This document shows positions 62,259 to 64,000 of a DNA stretch of 64,000 bases, one piece after another. The notes below the pieces were generated by a model that had not been told where the DNA came from, did no database searches, and worked only from the letters and a program-made list of their open reading frames with translations. How positions within the stretch are numbered: the first letter of the stretch is position 1; each line of letters opens with the position of its first letter. This stretch comes from an uncultured Verrucomicrobiae bacterium (GTDB taxonomy: Bacteria; Verrucomicrobiota; Verrucomicrobiia; Opitutales; JABDGR01). Location of the stretch: positions 198,038 through 262,037 of the forward strand of contig CAVXVB010000002.1 of NCBI GenBank assembly GCA_963765205.1. Reading direction: 5' to 3'. The position numbers and the translations under genes were made by a program.

Positions 62259-64000
62259 ATGAAAACCACCCTCAAGTTTTCGATCATGCTCGCAATGGCG
62301 TTCACGCTGCCGGTCGCCACGATGTTCGTGGCCAAAGCGGCCGGGGCGGGGAGCATTGGTGCTCCCTCCAGACCGGAAGGCCCCTGTGATGTCTATGCCG
62401 CCGGCGGCTCCCCGTGCGTGGCCGCCCACAGCACCACGCGCGCCCTCTACGCCTCCTACAACGGCCCGCTTTACCAGGTCATGCGCCAGTCCGACGGCAA
62501 GACCTTGGACATCGGCGTCGTCCAACTATCCCCATCGGATGCGGGCGGCTATGCCAACGCGGCCGCGCAGGACGCCTTCTGCGCCAACACTTACTGCTGG
62601 ATCACCACGATTTACGACCAATCCGGCAAGGGCAACAACCTCATCCAGGCGCCGCGCGGCAATTTCAGCGGGCCGGCCATGGGTGGGGCGAACAACCTCC
62701 CGGTCGCCGACTGGGCGCCGGTTACGATCATGGGACACAAGGTCTATGGCGTCTTCATTGCGCCGGGCATGGGCCTGCGCTGGAACGACGCGAAGGGCAC
62801 CGCCGTGGACGACCAGGCGGAGGGGCAGTATTGGGTTGTTAACGGCCAGCACTTCAACAACGGCTGCTGCTATGATTATGGCAACGGCGAGACCGACAGC
62901 CGCGACGACGGCGACGGCACCATGGAAACCGCCTACTTCGGCGACGCCACCAGTTGGTATCACGGCCCCGGTGCGGGCCCGTGGGTTATGACCGACCAGG
63001 AGAACAACCTGGTGGGCTGTGTCACGGATTCACCCACCAACAAACTCTGTGCGACGCTGCCCATCATGAATTCGCGATTCGTGACCGGGATCGCCAAAGG
63101 CGAAGCGCACCATTGGACCTCGATGGGTGGAGACTCCCAAAAGGGCGACCTGCAGGTCATGTTCGACGGCACGCGCGTGCAAAATCCCAACAGCAGCTAC
63201 GACCCGATGCGCAAACAGGGCGGCATCCTCCTCGGCAACGGCGGTGACAACAGCAACGGCTCGCAGGGCACTTTCTACGAGGGCGCGATGACGGCGGCCG
63301 GCACTTTCCCGACGGATGCCACCGACCAGAAGGTGCAGGCCAACGTGGTGGCGGCCAAATACGACGTGGCGCAGGGCAGCCTGGCGCCGGCGTCGGCCAT
63401 CGCCACGCCGCCGGGACTCCAGACTTTCTCGCCAGGCTCCTCGCAGGACACGTCCGTGACGTTCACCAATACCTCGGACGCGCCCGCGACCGGCGTCTCG
63501 TTAAGTATCACTGTGCCCAAGGGGTGGACCTCCGTGGTCTCCGACGGCACTGGGACGGCAAAGACGTTCACGGACCCGGTTGCGCCGGGAGCCACGGTCA
63601 GCGCGACTTTCAAGGTCACGTCGGGGCCGGCCGCCTTCAACGGCGACTTGCTGGCGAATATCTCATGGACGGCGAACGGCGGAAGCAAACCGGGCAAGCG
63701 GCCGAGAAGGTGCGGAATGTCAGCCCGATCAGGATCAATGAATTCGCCATCAGCTCCACGACCCCGGCCGACGCGACCAATTCGTTCATCGAGCTTTACA
63801 ACGCCGGGGCCAGTGAGATTGACCTCTCCAACTGGACGCTGACCCAGCACGCGACCCAGCAGGCCATCTTTTCCTCCGTGAAATTTCCGGCGGGGGCCGA
63901 GCTCGCGGCCAGCGGCTTCTACCTGCTCGGCCTCGCCAACTCCGGGCTGGCGGCCCCCTCGAAAAAGGGCGACACCACCATCCAGGTCCGCAGCACGAAC
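62259..64000 (+). CDS. abfB: GH54 alpha-L-arabinofuranosidase B catalytic domain, NEW3-like and lamin-tail domains; frameshift near 63690, runs off the window
   Basis: GPCDVY..PCVAAHSTTRALY, NGCCYDYGNGE, METAYFG, DQENN, GNGGDNS..GTFYEG; after the shift AAEKVRNVSPIRINEF..FIELYN..IDLSNWTL. Confidence 0.88.

Overview
GC-rich bacterial chromosome segment. The gene content (MurC-MurB fusion, divergent FtsZ, DUF1552/PSCyt pair, DUF1080, C-terminal 'FYRV' domain) suggests Verrucomicrobiota, probably Opitutae-like; this is inference. In order: the end of the dcw cluster (murC-murB, ddl, ftsQ, ftsA, ftsZ); a PAS hybrid histidine kinase next to a receiver-MgtE fusion; a DUF1552/cytochrome c pair; secreted hydrolases; an IS630; an MFS-spermidine synthase fusion; a type II R-M-like pair; a stress cluster (permease, SpoIIAA-like, PPK2, H+-ATPase, SPFH, YciF, CsbD, MFS); a RelE/ParE TA pair; a passenger-carrying IS1595 with intact IRs and 8-bp target duplication; two paralogous porins; rplM-rpsI; argCJBDF-argG; tRNA-Leu(CAA); blaI with a giant M56/FGE-sulfatase gene; a K+ channel; and secreted proteins including a GH54 arabinofuranosidase. 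Two signals stand out. (1) A four-helix-bundle gene sits exactly between argF and argG, bracketed by inverted tandem heptamer arrays; empty or orphan arrays of different sequence but similar architecture occur at three other loci. (2) The receiver domain is fused to an MgtE pore whose key Asp appears replaced by Asn. Several single-base frameshifts in otherwise intact genes may be sequencing errors.
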